DNA of 62,693 bases, filler included, from Callorhinchus milii (taxonomy: Eukaryota), in assembly GCF_018977255.1 (NCBI RefSeq). It is 6 parts of 6 records of this genome, joined end to end, with 100 filler letters (N's around TTAATTAATTAA, not from the genome) between each part and the next. Parts side by side here need not be neighbours in the genome. Positions count along the whole stretch, not along the records: positions 30,351 to 58,209 come from NW_024704828.1; 5 more parts are not named here. The stretch is one strand, 5' to 3'. Shown here piece after piece: positions 33,601 to 50,700 of the stretch. Under the pieces are notes generated by a model that searched no databases, had not been told where the DNA came from, and worked only from the letters and a program-made list of their open reading frames with translations. Both the position numbers and the translations under genes were made by a program. The number at the start of each line of letters is the position of its first letter. Positions within the stretch are counted from its first letter, which is position 1.

Positions 33601-36600
33601 AAACTTAGCAGCCAATCGCATTTACCCCCAAAATGTAACGTATGTGTTGATTATCATTAATATTTTGTGTGTGTTTCAGGAGACAAGGGCCAGGTTCTGT
33701 ACAGTAAGAGCTGTGAGAGCCAGGAGCGAGCAGGAGAGGTTGAGGAGGAGCCGGTGAATGATAGCCTCACCCCCTCCCCGCCCCCCCATCCCCACCGGGG
33801 GCCGTGCGAGGCTCCATGCCTGTCTGCCCCAGGCCAGTGCTGTACCCTGCACCGAGCCGAGCCGGGGGGCTGCTCCGAGGGGGAGATGTCCGGGTGGGAA
33901 TTCCGGGAACGTAAACACCAGGCGCCGGGCGAGAGCAAGGCCAAGGAATTCGCGGCCGATATTTTCCGGCGAGCGAGGGCTGCCACAAACGGCGGCGTTC
34001 CCGAGGAGACCCTCAGGCCGGGCGGCGGGGGAGCGGGAGCCGGGCACGGGGAGGATGTTCCCGGACACGGACACGAGGGACCGGCAGCGAGCTCCGTCCT
34101 CGCTCCAGCCGGCGGGAGCTCGGAGCTTCCCGTGGCTGCCGGCTGCACCTGCCCGGGTCCCGGGGGCAGCCAGGGGCCTGCAGATAGGCCCCGGGGCCGA
34201 GCTCAGGCAGAGCCGGGAGCCTGGGATACCGGCAGCCCCCACCCCGACAAACCCCAGCCACACAACAGCCCCCACCCCGACACCGAGCCCGGATACGTCA
34301 ACTACACCAAACTGCACTATGTCCTGGAACCGTCAGCCAACACTGCACAGGACGATGGTGAGACAGTCACACCTACAGCCGTGTCACACCTACAGCCGTG
34401 TTGTAAATAATAATAATAATAATCCTGCCATTTGACACAGCGCCTCATCATGTCTCAAAGCGCTTCACAGATACACTGTGAAGTGTAGTGACTGTGTGTT
34501 TTGTGGGCAAAACGTCACCAAAGGCGCCCAGCGACGTCCCCACAAACAGCCGTGGGTTGAGTGACCACATTATTATTATTTTTTTTTGTGAAGGTATTAG
34601 CCCCGGGAACGTGATCGGCCCATTGACTAATAACCGGGTTCCTACTGACTGCTGGTGACCAGAGGCGCATGTGTGTGTGTGTGTGTGGGGGAGTAAGGAA
34701 ACTTGCCTAAGGTTTCGCCTCGACCTGACCCGCCTGGGAATCAAACCCGGGTCCTCTGGCTTGCGAGGCGAGGGGTCTGACCCCTGCGCTACGAACTCCA
34801 GCGTTTTGAGATGCTGAGGTGTGAGCCACATGTGTGCCTCTATGGTTCAGCAGCGAGGGGGCGGGGGGCTGTGGGTTAATGCCTGCTCCTGTGCCCACCC
34901 TGTGTGCCAGGCTAACCCCCCTCCCCTCTTCTCTCCAACAGGCTACGACGATGACAAGATCTCACTGCCTTTCGTGGTAACGGACCTGAAGGGAAGAATC
35001 TGAAGCAGGTTAAAGAGAGCGCCTCGTATCAGGTAATGGGACTGAGGCCCCTCAACCCCTCGGCCACACCACACTCGCCCCCTTGCCTGTCTTCAGATCA
35101 CTTTCCTCTTCGACTGTGTTTACGGTGACCTCCCTCCTCTCTCTCTCCCGGCTCAGCTTCAAGCTCCAGCCCTCTGAAGCTCTCTGAGTTGTTTTATATA
35201 ATAATAATAATCCTGGTATTTGACCCAGCGCCTTATCACGTCTTCGAGGCGCTTCACGGGACACTCCATGAAGTGTAGCGACTGTGTGTTTTGTGGGCTT
35301 AAGAGGGGGAGAGTCAGCGCCCAACCCTCTCTCCCTCCCTCCCACCCACCCACCGTCTCTATGTCTCACTTCCAGGGCAAGTACCTGACGGTGGAGCAGC
35401 TGATACTAGATTTCGAGTACGTGATCAATGAGGTGATCAGGAATGACGCTGCCTGGTCAAAACGCTACTGCTCTTTCAGTGACTATGACATTGTTATCCT
35501 GGAGGTGAGTCACGCTTGGGGAGGGGCCATCCCGGCGGTAGGTGAAGGTGGGGGGCAGGGGGCACTGGCTCCCAATTCCCCCATTCCCACCCCTCCTCCC
35601 ACCCACCACTAGAGGATCGAGTTCAAAGTCCTTGTCCTCGCCTTCAAAGCCCTCCCGGCCTTGCCCCTCCCTACCTCTGTGACCTGGTAACTCGACCCGA
35701 CCGCTCCCTCCCTCCGCTCAGCGGGTTCCGGCCTGCTCCACGTCAACCCCACCTGGCCCAACCCACCCCACCCCACCCCACCATCGGCAGCCTCTCTGCC
35801 CCCACCCTCTGGAACTCCATCCATCTCCCTCGCCCCCCTCCCTCCTTCACCTGACCCTCCTTTTCGACCGCGCCTTTGGTTATCCTCCACCTGCACCCAA
35901 CCCCCAGTTCTGGGGCTAAATCCCTGACTGTCCGTCCAGTGCCTTGGGATGTCCTCCCGACGTGAGAGGCAGGCGCTGTGTAAATGTTCACTGTGTGGCC
36001 TCGCTGGCTCTCGGCTGCTGTCACTGACCCTGTGCTACAGCCAACCTGTCTTTGTTTCAAGGTGTGCCCCATAACCAACCATGTTATCATTAACATAGGC
36101 CTGCTGCTGTTAGCATACCCTTCCGAGGAAGAAGGACAAATCAGGTAAGCGCTTCCGTGTTCTCCGGTGTTTGCTCGGGCTCCGGCTTGCTCCCCGTCAC
36201 CCGCCCTGTCCTGTCTGTCCAGCCCCACCCCACCCCACCCCACCATCGGCCGGGCCTTCAGTCTCTCTGCCCTCCACCCTGTGGGACTCCATCCCACCTC
36301 ACCCCCTCCTTCAAGGCCCGCCTCGAGACTCTCCCTCTTCGACCAACCGCGCCTTCGGCCACCCTCCAACCCCCCCCTCCCGCCTCCATCCCTCCTGATC
36401 CCAACCCCCAGCTCACGTCCAAATCCCTGACTGTCCAGCGTCTTGGGACAGTCCTCCCGACGTGAAAGGCCCTGTGTCAGTGTAACGTGTTGTTGTAATC
36501 CTCATAAGAATAATCCTTGCATTCAACATAGCACCTCATCACGTGGTCGAGACGTCTCAAAGCGCTTCACAGTGCGAAGTGCAACGACTGTATGTTTTGT

Positions 36601-38068
36601 GGGCGAAATGCAGCAGCCAATTGCGCACAGCAGCGTCCCACAGACAGCCGTGGGTGGCGTGACCGGATTAGTATTATTGTCAGCACGATTAATGTGTCAT
36701 CGTCAATGTATTATCAACAAGGTTGTTGTTGCTGTTTGATGTGGTTTCGCTGCCCCTACGTGGTATACAAAAACAAATTGTTGTTGTTGCAGTTCTTGGC
36801 TCAAAAACACCCGGGGGGGTGTTTTTTTTAAAGTCACTACACTTTACAGTGTATCGTGTGAAACGCTTTGAGAATCTGGAAGACGTGATGAGGCGCTGCA
36901 TCAAACCTCCAGGATTATTATTATTGATATTATTATTATCTTCCAGACCAAAGACCTACCACACGTACCTGCGGGGGGCTTGGAACCTGAACACGGGGGT
37001 CTTTGCTACCGTAGGGGTAGGTGACTTGACTGCCGTCCAGGGACAGACCAGGTAAACACCCCCTCACCAGCTCTCCAACTATCGCTCTATTTCTTGCTCT
37101 CTCTCTCTCTCTCTCTCTCTCTCGCCCGCGGCGATGTCCAATGGTTGTGGGTTTGAGACCCACCCCCCCCACCCTGTAACACTACCTACACTACCTCCCC
37201 GCCCCAGCAAGGTGTGTGTGTCTCTCTATTTCTGTCTCCATCTCTATCACTCTCAGTGTGTGTGTCTCTCTGCCTGTCTGTCTCTCTCTCTCTCTCTCTC
37301 CACGTCTCTCTCGCTCTCCCTGCCTCTCACTGTCTCTCACTCTGTGTGCGTGTGTGTGTGTCTCTCTGTGTCTCTCTCTCTCTCTCTCTCAGCGGCAGTG
37401 TGTGGAGTACATTCAGGAAGAGTTGTGTGGACGTGGCTATGAGGTGGCTGGTTCCCGAGAGCATCTTCCGCAACGTCAATCGCATGACAAACGAGGCCCT
37501 GCACAAAGGTCAGGCTCTGCGCACTCGGGGGGTCAAACACACCGGGTACAAGATCGTGCCAAAGGTCTTAGTGCATCAGCCTGGGGCAGGATACTTAGGG
37601 TTAGGGTTAGGGTTAGGGGAACCGTGATCACTCAATACTGACAGACAGACAGACAGACAGACACACACACTCTCGTGAGACGTGATAAGGAGCTGTTATC
37701 AAATGCAAGGATTATTATTATTATTACCCGCACACTACGTCCCCACCTCCCCTGATAAGGCACTGTGTCAAATGCGAGGATATCAAAGGGAGGGGAGGGC
37801 TGGGGGGAGGGCAGGGCTTGGTTGGGGGTTGTGGGGGGCCTGGGCTGGGTGGGGAGTGGGGGCTGGGTAGGTGAGGGGAGGGCTGGGGGAGGGCAGGGCT
37901 TGGTTGGGGGTTGTGGGGGGCCTGGGCTGGGTGGGGAGTGGGGGCTGGGTAGGTGAGGGTAGGGCGGAGCTGGACAAGCCCCTGGTAACCATTCCCCTCC
38001 TGTTTATTGCAGGCCGGTCACTGAAGCGACTGACGGACATCGGACGGAGTATGTGGATTGTTCTGTAG
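30605..38068 (+). CDS. DCAF15: DDB1- and CUL4-associated factor 15 (5' exons missing)
   Basis: Exons 30605-30739, 31307-31413, 32266-32402, 33022-33192, 33680-34357, 34942-35032, 35376-35504, 36062-36144, 36947-37051, 37393-37508, 38013-38068. Hallmark peptides: [87 protein letters not shown] and C-terminal WIVL. 1-bp deletions at ~30627 and ~34998. Confidence 0.96.
30885..31262 (+). mobile_element. Full-length tRNA-derived Deu-type SINE
   Basis: GGAGTCCTGTAGCTCAG...GGTTCGATTCCC head through to the tail. Confidence 0.85.
34410..34799 (-). mobile_element. Full-length tRNA-derived Deu-type SINE
   Basis: Reverse complement of the same consensus. Confidence 0.85.
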
Positions 38069-39324
38069 CCCGGGTTCGTCGGGGTGGGGGAGGGAACGGG
38101 GTGGGTGGTTGGTGGGGGGCGGGAGGCGGGGGGGGTCACTCGAGAGGACCAGTGACAACTAAGGAGAGAGTTGAGGAACGAGGAGACACTCAGCACCTCT
38201 TGATTTTCGCACTGACTGACACGTAAGGTTGTTTGTTTCCTTGTTTCCCTGTTTTTTTTAAAAAAAAGCTACCTCTTCATCGGATCTCTCTTTCCTTCAT
38301 TCCTTCACAGCCTTAAAGGCCGTACCCAGGCGGGGGGGGGGGGGGGGGGAGGGGGGCGGGGGTTGTGTTTTTTTTATTATTATTATATATTAAAAATAAG
38401 TTGTTGTTTGGAGTCTTAAAACGTCTACGTGGCCCCGGGCTCGGGGGGAGAGTGGGGGGTGTCCTGCTGAGGGCCGGAGGACGGATTTGAGAAAGGTCCG
38501 CAGGCCGCATAAGCAATATTTTATCCTGATCGGCCAGTCCTGTTGTCCCCGTCCCCCCAACCCCAGTGACTGTCTCCTGATTTTTGCCTGTGTTTGATCA
38601 TCACATCATCTCCCGGGGGCCGGATGTGGCCCGCGGGCCGGAAGTTGAACCACCCTGACGTAGGATGTCAGACCCGTTGTGGTCGTTCCTTTCCCTGCGT
38701 GTGTACCCCTGGCTCCCGGGGAACCAGTCACAGTCTCAGTGCCGAGGTTTGCTGACTCCTTGCCCCCCAAACATCCAGACCCCTGTTTGTTAACCATTTC
38801 TTTTTTTGGGGGTGGGGGGTGGAGGGGGGGCAGGGGACTGGTTTATTTTATGTTTGAACACTAAGTGGTGTTTGGTCTTTCAAGATAGAAGGGAATGGGA
38901 CTCCAGGAAGTCTATCCTTCTTGATTCTCGTCTACATCAAGACCCCTGTTCCTCCATCGCTCTCCCCACCCTGCATCCTCGACCTGCCCCCCCATCCTCG
39001 ACCTGCCCCCCCCCGCCCCCTCCCCTAGACCTGTCCACTAAAGTTGTGACTGTGAGATGGTTGTTCGCAGAATCCCGGGTGCCGATGGGGGGATATTCCG
39101 AATTGTTGCGTGTTGGTTCGTGAGCTCGTGCGGGGCGGCTGTTGCTGAGGGAGAAAGTGTTTCGTTACTCTTTCCTTCCTCCATTTTTTTGTGAATTTCA
39201 AATAAAACTTCTGCTCGAACGTAGTGACTCTGTCGGGTTGTGTCGTGGGTTCCGTCGCTTCCGAGCTCGGGTCAGATCTGTCTCTCTGCCCAAAAGGCTG
39301 TGGGTCACGGCTGAATCCAATCAA

Positions 39325-39475
39325 AATTTTCAAGACCGAGGTGGACAGATGTTTGTTAGGTCGGGGGATCAAGGGATATGGGGCAAAGGCGGGTAATCGT
39401 AATTGAGGTACAGATCAGCCTGACAGACTGGTGGAACAGGCTCAAGGGGCTGAATGGCCTCCTCCTGATTCCATG
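39325..39475 (+). mobile_element. CR1 LINE 3' end
   Basis: TTCAAGACCGAGGTGGACAGATG...GGGCTGAATGGCCTCCTCCTG. Similar pieces at 46850-47010, 53975-54135 and 55156-55310. Confidence 0.75.
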
Positions 39476-39896
39476 CTCACACCCAAATAGGGGTCAAGCC
39501 AGGCAGCGGGTCAGAAACCAAACGTTTCAAAAAAATAATTTATTTCATAACCAAACCCCCCCCCACCCACCGCACACACACACACACACACGCACACACA
39601 CTGGCAGTTTTCCCATCTCTGGACAGTTTCCGGTTGCCCCGAAACCTGGTAATATTTACAGGGGGGAAATAAGTGGGTTTTGGGGGCAGTTTGACAGGAA
39701 TAAACATTAATATTAATAGTAATGATAATCCTTGCGGTTGACACGGCGCCTTATCGTGTCTTCGAGACGTCTCAAAAGCGCTTCGCGGGATACACTAAGG
39801 TGTAGTGACTGTGTGTTTTGTGCGGGAAATTTTGTATATTATTTACAACCAACATTAATAATAATTCTGGGCAGTTTATCCAGTTCATTAAAACTC

Positions 39897-40392
39897 CTGG
39901 TGGGTGGTGGGGAGGGGGAGTGTGGTGGGGGGAGTGTGGTGGGGGGTGAGCCTGGTGGTGGGGGGTGAGCCTGGTGGTGGGGGGGGAGTGTGGTGGGGAG
40001 TGGGGAGTGTGGTGGGGGGGGTGTGGTGGGGGGAGTGTGGTGGGGGGGGTGTGGTGGGGGGAGTGTGGTGGGGGGGTGTGGTGGGGGGGAGTGTGGGGGG
40101 GGGAGTGTGGTGGGGGGGGGTGGTGGGGGGAGTGTGGGGGGTGGGGTGGGGGGGAGTGGGGTGGGGGGAGTGGGGTGGGGGGAGTGTGGTGGGGGGTGAG
40201 CCTGGTGGTGGGGGGGGAGTGTGGTGGGGGGGGAGTGTGGGGGGGGGGTGTGGTGGGGGGAGTGGTGGGGGGGAGTGTGGTGGGGGGGAGTGTGGTGGGG
40301 GGGAGTGTGGTGGGGGGGGGTGTGGTGGGGGGGGGTGTGGTGGGGGGGAGTGTGTTGGGGGGGAGTGTGGTGGGGGGGGTGGGGTGGGGGCT
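39897..40392 (+). repeat. G-rich degenerate repeat (GGGGGAGTGTGGT)n
   Basis: About 500 bp of dense G-runs. Confidence 0.92.
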
Positions 40393-40454
40393 GGTTTGAA
40401 AGGCTTTGTGTAAATTCTGTGATTCCCCTTTAAGGTTGCTATGGTGAAAGGGGA

Positions 40455-40531
40455 CGCCGCTTCTGGCATGACGTCACGCCGGAAATGTAACGAAGCTGAA
40501 CTACTTCCGGGTTGAGGTCACAGGTGGCAAC
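40455..40531 (+). promoter_or_regulatory. CLPP core promoter: CRE plus two ETS/GABP sites
   Basis: TGACGTCA at 40469-40476, CCGGAAAT at 40479-40486 and ACTTCCGG at 40503-40510, just upstream of the ATG at 40532. Confidence 0.7.
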
Positions 40532-45960
<5,429 letters not shown>

Positions 45961-47224
45961 ATCCTCCGCTCCCTCGACCTCTGTAGCTGCATCGTTCCTC
46001 GTGTCTAATAAAGGTTTCTCCAGGTTGTAGCCACTGATTCCGATGTCCTGTAAACTCTAAATAATCCCTCAAATAATAATAATAATAATAATCTGGTCAC
46101 TCAACCCACGAGGTTTGTGGGGACGTCGCTGTGCTCCAATCGGCGTTTCACCCACAAAATACACAGTCAATTCACTTTACAGTGTATCCTGTGAAGCGCT
46201 TTGAGACATCTCGACGATGTGATAAGGCACTGTATCAAATGCCAGGATTATTATTATTATTATAACTCGATCCTTGCCTTAACTTGTCACTTACCACGAA
46301 GCTTGTCGGAGACGTTAAATCTCACTCCCCGTCTCTTCCTGTTCAGGTGGACCTTAAAGATCTCCCGCGGGGCTGTTCGAAAACAGAAGGGAGTTTCTCT
46401 CTCTCTCTCTCTCTCTCGGTGTCCTGGCCAACAATCCCCCAAGTAAAACCACTCGCTCACTCCATGGCTGTTTGTGGCACACTGCTGTCTGCAAATTGCA
46501 TTAACCTTTTTTGTTTATGTTTCCCAACTGTTGTGGCATTCCACTGTGATGCAAGCCCAGTGAAGAAATTATTATTTTTTTCGAAAGGGATTAATACCGA
46601 TCGAAAAGCGATCCGCCAACCGACTAACCACCGGGTTCCTACTTACTGCCAGGTAACCAGAGGCATGTGTGTGTGCGTGTGTGTGTGGAGAAAGGAAACT
46701 TGCCTAAGGCTTCGCCCTGACCCGCCCGGGATTCAAACCCGGGTCCTCTCGCTTGCGAGGTGAGCCCTCTAACCACTACGCTCGGGTGGGGGGGGAATCT
46801 CCACATAATATTTTGGCTTATCCGGTTCCGTTCGGTGGATCCATTATGCATCCTCAAGACCGAGGTGGATAGGTATTGGTTTGGTCAGGGTACTAAGCGA
46901 TACCGGGCGAGTGGGGGGTGGGGGGCGGGTGATTGGAGTTGAGGTACAGAGCAGCCGTGATCTTACGGAATAGAATGGCGGAACAGGCTCGAGGGGCTGC
47001 GTGGCCCCCTCCTGCTCCGTTGCGGACGCCGGCAAACCACTGGTGGGAATGAATCACTTGGTTTTGTTGCTCCCCAACAGAAGTGGGCGATTAGTAATTT
47101 GTGAAGCCCTCCGCAGCTGTGCCCAGTGCCTGGGCATTGCCCTGTGGCTGCGCTGTGCTGTGCCGTGCGCACCTCTCGCCACTGGGTGGCGCTGTGACAC
47201 GACCATGGCCGGGCTGTTGGCTCC

Positions 47225-47395
47225 CGGCGGCCCCCGCGCGAACTACAATTCCCAGCGGGCCCTGCGAACCCGGCGGCCCCACCCGTCTGACCAATCGCGG
47301 CGGCGCGTCGCTGTGGCGGGAGATTTAAAAGTCCGCCCCGGGGCTGCGCACCGCTCAGGGAGAGGCGGACAGCGGGAGGCGGTCTCTGGGTTCAG
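47225..47395 (+). promoter_or_regulatory. CpG promoter and noncoding first exon of the SSX2IP-like gene
   Basis: ACTACAATTCCCAGC (ZNF143/THAP11-type motif) at ~47242, CCAAT at 47291, TTTAAAA at ~47324, and a putative donor TTCAG|GTCAAC at 47395. Confidence 0.6.
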
Positions 47396-47778
47396 GTCAA
47401 CACTCACTTAGTCAATTTAACTAAGTTAATGATAAATAATAATCCTGGCATTTGATACAGTGTGTGGGACACTCACTGTGGTGCGCAATCGGCCGCCGCG
47501 TTCGCCCACAAATATACAGTCAGTTCCACGTTACCGTCTATTCTGTGAAGCGCTTCGAGATGTCGAGAAGACGTGAAGAGCGCTGTATCGAATGCCGGGA
47601 TTACAATACTAATAATAATAATAACACCTCCCAAACAGCCTCACAATCATTCTTTGTCTCTGGTGTAAGGACTTTAGACCGTTGTCGGTGACTCTGTCTG
47701 TCCTCCCGACGTCAAAGGTGTTGAGAGAAATGTGATTTTGTGGTATTGTTAAACAGGTTTCATTTGGTGGCTTTAAGG

Positions 47779-50700
47779 ATGGGAGACTGGGGAATGGACG
47801 CATCACCAGGTGAGTGGACGTTAAGGGCTCTGGGGCGCTACCCTGCGCGATGGGCGCTATATAAATGCAAGTTGTTGTTGTGCGCTCGTCTGTGGGCCAC
47901 TGTCCCTGAATGTAGGGGCAGTCGTGTTAATTTAAGTTAACACATTATTAATGGTCACAATAATGTTAGACAATGTGTTTGATAAATAATGGAATAGAAT
48001 CATGGAATATTACAGCACAGAAGGAGGCCATTCGGCCCATCGTGCCTGTGCTGTGCTGCGTCTTTGGAAGAGTTATCCCATCAGTCCCACTCCGCTGCTG
48101 TCTTTCCTCCATATTCCCTGCAGGTTTTTCCTCTTCGAGTACCTATCCAATTCCCTTTTGAAAGTTGTTATTGAATCTGTCTCCACCGACCCTTTCAGGC
48201 AGTGCATTCCAGACCATAACAACTCTTTGTGTAAAATAAAAAGTCTCCTCGTCTTCCCTCGGGTTCTTTTCCAATTATCTTGAGTCAATGTCCCCTGGTT
48301 ACCGACTCACCTGCTCGCAGAAACAGCTTCTCCCTAACCACTCGACCAAAAACCCCTCGTAATTTTGAACACCTCTATTACATCTCCCTTTAACCTTCAC
48401 TGCTCTAAGGAGAACAACCCAGCTTCTTTAGTCTTGTCTCTCCACGGAACTAAAGTCCCTCATCCCTTGCAACCATTCTGGTAAATTCTTTCTCCACAGA
48501 TGCCAAGTATTTTGCCTGCCGGCACATGTCACGGTACCCGTCCCTTCCTCCAGCTGCAGTAGCCTGACCCTGCACTGCTCGCCCGTCCTGTCCAAGGCAA
48601 AGCTCTTCCATCCCCTTGACTTCTGCTGCAGTGACAACATTGAGGATTGCCTCTCACTCCTCAACAAGGTGAGAACCTACGAGAAACCTCCGGCCGCTCG
48701 CACTCACCTCTGGGTCGCACGATCAGAGGTCTGTGATGCGCTGACAGTCCAGGCTGACTCTCTGGTGCGGGGCTGGGGTTGTGAGCACGTTACAGAGTCC
48801 TGGAGTGCAGTTGTTGCAGCAGCACTCGCCTCACAAGTGATAGGATCATTTATACAGTGCCCCTCACTCTCTCAGGGCAGCGACCCAGGGCGCTTGACAG
48901 TGGCGGAGCATGACTCCGGGCTGGGGCGAGGGAGGGGGAGGTGTCCGTCGGTTGGGGCATAGAGGCTGAAGGTCACAGGGAAACTGTCAGGGTCCTGATC
49001 CTCGCTGCCATCTAACCGGGTTATTTCTTCTTTTTATTCTGCTTTTACTTTCTGCAATTCTGTGAATTGTGGTTAATTTCTTACCTCGGAACATATTTCA
49101 CCACCACCCAGGCTTGTCTGGACAGATAGTGCAGAGGGAGCATCACTCTGTCTGTATCCCTGACCTGGGAGTGTGGACACACAGTGTAGAGTAGTGTTAC
49201 TGTGTCTGTAACCCTGACCTGGGAGTGTGGACGCACAGTGTAGAGGAGCGTTACTGTGTCTGTAACCCTGACCTGGGAGTGTGGACACACAGTGTGGAGA
49301 GCTTTACTGTGTCTCTAACCCTGACCTGGGGGTGTGGACACACAGTGTAGAGGAGCTTTACTGTGTCTGTAACCCTGACCTGGGGGTGTGGACACACAGT
49401 GTAGAGGAGCTTTACTGTGTCTCTAACCCTGACCTGGGGGTGTGGACACACAGTGTAGAGGAGCTTTACTGTGTCTCTAACCCTGACCTGGGGGTGTGGA
49501 CACACAGTGTAGAGGAGCTTTACTGTGTCTCTAACCCTGACCTGGGGGTGTGGACACACAGTGTAGAGGGAGCTTCTGAAGGAAGTAACAGTCGAAGAGT
49601 GAGGTCTTCAGGTGCACCTTAAAAAAACAAATAATAATATTCGGTCAATTGTGGGGACGTCGCTGGGCGCAATTGGCTGCTGTGTTTCACCCACAAAATA
49701 CACAGTCACCACACTTCTCAGTGTCTCCCGTGAACCACTTTGAGACGTCTCGAAGACATGATGAGGCGCCGGGTCACGTGGCAGGATGATCGTTATTGAT
49801 TGAGAGTGAAGAGAGTCTCGGAGTTTCGGGGCGTAGTGGCTGAAAGCACAAGCGACAAGCAGGAGGCTGGAGCCAGCTGAGTGGAGAGGGAGGGAGGGAG
49901 GGAGGGAGGGAGGGAGGGAGGAGGGAGGGAGGGAGGGGAGGTGCCAGGGAGGGAAGGGATTTGACATGAATGTGGGGGAGCATTGGTCTTGCAGGAGTTT
50001 GGGGCCCGCGGGCTGCCCCTGCTGTACGAGGACAGATTCTCGGAGGCAGCACCGGCTCTGAGCTTCGACCTGGTCGCCCTGATAAACGGGGCTCACAGCC
50101 TGTTACTCCTCCACCGGGAGGCACCGCCACCCGGCCCCCCGGCCCCCCGCTCTCAGCCGGGCCCCCACAGCGACAGCTCCAAACTGCAGGTAGGTTTTGT
50201 GAGAGAGTTTGGGGAGTGAGTGAGCACCGACGACGACAACATTCACTTACACAGCGTCTCAAATCACTCACTCACTCACGCCGGATAGCGTCTCAGAGCG
50301 CTTGACGTTGGTGGAGCGCGACACCGAGGGGAGGGGGGCAGGTGACCACAGGCGCCGTCAAAGAGGAAGGTCTTCAGGCGCGACCTGAAGATGGGAACGA
50401 AGGAGGGGGTCGAGGCAGAGGGAGGGACAGAGGGAGAGAGTTCCAAAGCTTTGGGGTGTAGTGGCTGAAAGCGCAGCCGCAGACACTCTTTCTTTCCTCT
50501 CTCTCTCTCTCTCTCTCCCCCCACTCCCTCTCTCCCCCTCTTTTCTCCTTTCTCTCCCTCTCTCTCTAGGAGCAGGTGTTTGCTCGCGAGCGGGAGATCA
50601 CTGAACTGAGAGACAAGGAGCGAGCGAAGCAGAATAACTTTGTGCAGCTGACTGAGAAGCTGGAGAGCAGCAGAGACGAGGTGAGAGCGACAAATCTTAG

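Noticed and set aside
37596..37618. Telomeric (TTAGGG)4
   Set aside because: Too short; a simple intronic repeat.
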